Shown here piece by piece: positions 29,421-32,000 of a stretch of 32,000 bases of DNA. This DNA comes from Xylella taiwanensis. GTDB lineage: Bacteria > Pseudomonadota > Gammaproteobacteria > Xanthomonadales > Xanthomonadaceae. How positions within the stretch are numbered: the stretch's first letter is position 1; the number at the start of each line of letters is the position of its first letter. Made by a program: the position numbers and the translations under genes. Location: contig NZ_CP053627.1 in the NCBI RefSeq assembly GCF_013177435.1, forward strand, positions 2,280,001 through 2,312,000, in the 5' to 3' direction. The notes beneath the pieces are model-generated. The model was not told where the DNA came from and ran no database searches. It saw only the letters and a list, made by a program, of their open reading frames with translations.

Positions 29421-29638
29421 CTAAGCACCGTTGTAACCGACAACCGAACAGCAAACTATAGGGCGTCAGTCAGTGATGACCAGACCCAGACGGAACAGCA
29501 AATGTACGGTAGATGAAAAACATGGCGTTCTCCCCTCGGCAAATGAGTCATCACCGATTACAGACACACCCGTCGCACGAGCAGAACAAACCTCGGGGGA
29601 ATACCGGAAAAATACGGGGGCGATAGTTTACCTGGTTA

Positions 29639-30345
29639 TCACTGAAGCACACCTACAATCTGCACTTCTGTGGCCATGACGTGATGCCGCTGCAAATCTG
29701 AATGTTCCTGAAGAAGTTTGGGAACAAGTTTCTGTCCACCGCCGACCAGAAATGATACTCCCGGATAACAGAGCACCACCACGCCGCACCGAGAGGCACG
29801 TTGACCGCATTCGGTGTAGCCAAGCATGTGAATGTATGGAGCGACGGTCACGGTAGCAGCCAATATCTCACTAATTGCTGCTGACAAGAGTCGTACTGGC
29901 CATCCAACTGGTGTCAGAGAACAGAACGCTGCACAGACATCGTGGATGAATGTGACGGCGTCAGCCCGGTGCTGGATGGTGTGCTGGTACTCATTGTCCG
30001 TATCCGAAAGCTTCCCCAGTGGCTGACACCCAGCGCAGCACCTCCGTCATGACCCTGTGCCTGCCACTGTGGATATCCAGAGAAACGGCTTGATGATGAG
30101 CACAATCAGCGTCGAGCACGAGGACCACCAGCAGCCCGAAGTGATGTTGGATTACCGCACCCTGAGCGCAGATAACTGCGTCATGCTTTTGTACACGCTG
30201 CCATACAAGCGCTCAGGGAGTCCGGAGCCGTTCCTTTGTATGACGAGGAGCGATACATCATCCGACCATCCAAAGCGCGTCCAGCAATGTCATGTCCACG
30301 TCGGGTCCGACCAAGACAGCGTCACAGCGCCCCAGCTGTGAGCAA
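29639..30345 (-). pseudogene. ADP-dependent NAD(P)H-hydrate dehydratase (NnrD / YjeF C-domain, carbohydrate kinase family) relic
   Basis: Minus-strand frames match E. coli YjeF. CDAVLVGPDVD matches ADVVVIGPGLG. VLVLDADCAHH...RHRVMT matches LWDADALNLL...RHNRVIT. A frameshift leads to GHDGGAALG, matching PHPGEAARLLG. About 63 aa later, SEILAATV matches GDVLSGII. LVPKLLQEHSDLQR matches LATDLFSTLQR. Motif spacing matches NnrD except near the N-terminus. Confidence 0.5.
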
Positions 30346-30401
30346 AGGAGTCACCGGAGGAGAAGTGTGCACAGATGAGAGGTTAATCACACATCGCTGA
30401 T

Positions 30402-31376
30402 TCAATCCGCAAAGTGCTGATAACCTTTTCTGGAAGGTTGCCAGGGTACACCCTCAGCATCGAGAACCTGAACAGTCTCACCAACCAAAATACGCCCAAT
30501 GCGTGTCACTTCAACACCAAGCGTGGCAAACACGGCCTGTATTTGCACACGGCACTGCGGCGCAGCTGTAAAACAAAGTTCGTAGTCATCACCACCAGCC
30601 AACTGCCAACAAGCAACCTGTGCCTCATCCCATCCACCATGCGCCGCAACACGCGGTAACGACCCACTTTCCAACACGGCTCCAACTCCACTGCACGCAC
30701 AAATGTGTCCCAGATCGGCGAGAAGACCGTCGGAAAGATCCACCGCAGCATGCACCAGCCCCCGCAGACACAGGCCAGCCTCGACCCGCGGGGTCGGACG
30801 CAACAACCGCTGGCGCAATGTCTCACGCTGCGGATCAGTCTCAGACTGAGTCATGTCGAGCATCCCTGCACGCCACAGCGCCAGCGCCGCAGCAGCCTCG
30901 CCAGGACAGCCACTCACCCAGATATCGTCGCCAACACAAGCACCATCGCGACGGAACGCCATACCCGGTGGCACGCTGCCAATCGCGGTGACCGAAGTGG
31001 CGAGGGGGCCGTAGGTCGTGTCGCCACCCACCAGAACAATATCGTGCAGATCAGCCAGCTCGAAAAATCCGTCAGCAAAAGCATCGAGCCAAGCCATATC
31101 GGCCTGAAGCAACGACAATGACAACGTACACCAGCGTGGTGTTGCACCCATCGCTGCCAGATCCGACAAGTTAACCGCCAGAGTTTTCCAACCAAGATCC
31201 TCAGGATGGGTCTCAACCGGGAAATGCACACCGGCATTAAGCGTATCGGTAGTGACCACCAGTTGCTCACCTAGTGGCGGTTGTAGGAGTGCAGCATCGT
31301 CGCCAACGCCCAACAGCACGTCCCGGCGCCCACAGATACGCGCACGCAAACGGGCAATCAGATCGAACTCAAGCAT
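30402..31376 (-). CDS. thiL: thiamine-monophosphate kinase
   Basis: 324-aa ORF with the AIR-synthase-like fold pattern (GVGDDAALL, VVTTDTLNAGVHF, LSDLAAMGA, VGGDTT, DLSDGL). Confidence 0.95.
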   Translation of the reverse strand: MLEFDLIARLRARICGRRDVLLGVGDDAALLQPPLGEQLVVTTDTLNAGVHFPVETHPEDLGWKTLAVNLSDLAAMGATPRWCTLSLSLLQADMAWLDAFADGFFELADLHDIVLVGGDTTYGPLATSVTAIGSVPPGMAFRRDGACVGDDIWVSGCPGEAAAALALWRAGMLDMTQSETDPQRETLRQRLLRPTPRVEAGLCLRGLVHAAVDLSDGLLADLGHICACSGVGAVLESGSLPRVAAHGGWDEAQVACWQLAGGDDYELCFTAAPQCRVQIQAVFATLGVEVTRIGRILVGETVQVLDAEGVPWQPSRKGYQHFAD

Positions 31377-31459
31377 TGACGCGACGCAATACTAGTTAGT
31401 ACGGGGAAAATCCGCCTTTGCGGGTCGCTGCTACGCGCCCACGCACGGCACCGCAGGCC

Positions 31460-31930
31460 TCATCTAGCCACCTCAACTTTACGCAAGACAAGCGCGGCAC
31501 GATCAAGGACACCATTGACGTAAGTGTGACCATATTCAGAACCGAACCTTTTGGTAGTCATGATCGCCTCGTTGATCACCACTCGGTAAGGTACATCCTG
31601 GCGATACAGCAATTCGTAGGTCCCTAAACGCAACACCGCCCGCTCGATCGCATCAACCTCCTCTATCGTGCGGTCCAAATACGGTGCCAGCGTCTCGTCC
31701 AATTCGGCACAGTGCAGCAATACCCCCTCAACCAAATTCTCGAAATAGGCTAAATCAGCCACCTCATACGCCTGCTCATGTGCAAACTGGGCAATCACCT
31801 GCTTAGCAAAGCCACCAGAAATCTGCCAAGCGTACACCGCCTGCAGAGCACGACGACGCGCACGTGAACGCAGCACTGGATCGACGCCGTCCCGGCGTCT
31901 CGGGCGCACGGTGCCGGAAGACTTGCTCAT
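31460..31930 (-). CDS. nusB: transcription antitermination factor NusB
   Basis: 156-aa ORF with NusB helices (RRRALQAVYAW, ..DRAVLRLGTYEL.., VVINEAI..KRFG...YVNGVLD). It has the conserved ribH-nusB-thiL order. Confidence 0.95.
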   Translation of the reverse strand: MSKSSGTVRPRRRDGVDPVLRSRARRRALQAVYAWQISGGFAKQVIAQFAHEQAYEVADLAYFENLVEGVLLHCAELDETLAPYLDRTIEEVDAIERAVLRLGTYELLYRQDVPYRVVINEAIMTTKRFGSEYGHTYVNGVLDRAALVLRKVEVAR

Positions 31931-32000
31931 GGCAACTGCTCCAATAAACTCACCATCTCCAAAGCGGCCAAGGCGGCTTCCTCACCCTTGTTGCCATGAC
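31927..32000 (-). CDS. ribH: 6,7-dimethyl-8-ribityllumazine synthase, C-terminal end (partial, runs off the window)
   Basis: The minus-strand frame reads HGNKGEEAALAALEMVSLLEQLP*. This is typical of the RibH C-terminus. Its TGA overlaps the nusB ATG (ATGA). Confidence 0.75.
   Translation of the reverse strand, partial: HGNKGEEAALAALEMVSLLEQLP

Noticed and set aside
1-32000. CRISPR arrays, rRNA genes, tmRNA, RNase P or SRP RNA signatures.
   Set aside because: I saw no regularly spaced direct repeats and no hallmark conserved strings on either strand (for example the tmRNA tag region or the RNase P GAGGAAAGTCC).

Overview
This is a gammaproteobacterial chromosome segment. Its gene content looks Xanthomonadaceae/Xylella-like: a MopB-type OmpA protein, a TonB-dependent receptor, an orphan FimT, and the dapA-bamC / gcvR-bcp and ribH-nusB-thiL arrangements. 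That taxonomic call is inference only.

I can support 15 complete housekeeping CDS, one partial CDS (ribH) and one tRNA-Val(GAC). The complete CDS are spoT, a glcD-like oxidase, mopB, dsbB, a TonB-dependent receptor, rlmH, uvrB, fimT, a bamC-like gene, dapA, gcvR, bcp, PIN-phoH2, thiL and nusB.

The most striking property is that about 14.3 kb (roughly 45%) of the window is ORF-poor spacer. The spacers are 2463-4799, 6186-9606, 10732-12206, 12732-13548, 17040-18847, 21745-22450 and 26619-30401. Read in all frames, several of them look like gene relics rather than true intergenic DNA:
- Two diverged copies of one IS5-family element bracket glcD.
- A third, different IS5-family relic sits at 26851-27545.
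- There is a serine-recombinase relic at 7999-8440.
- There are apparent wrecks of canonical operon partners of the intact genes: gmk'-rpoZ' upstream of spoT, and nnrD'-tsaE'-amiC'-mutL' downstream of thiL. The mutL relic ends at an IS relic.

I found no CRISPR array, no rRNA and no recognisable intact defence or toxin system. All relic calls are by-eye motif-order comparisons to remembered family consensus sequences and need blastx or HMM confirmation.
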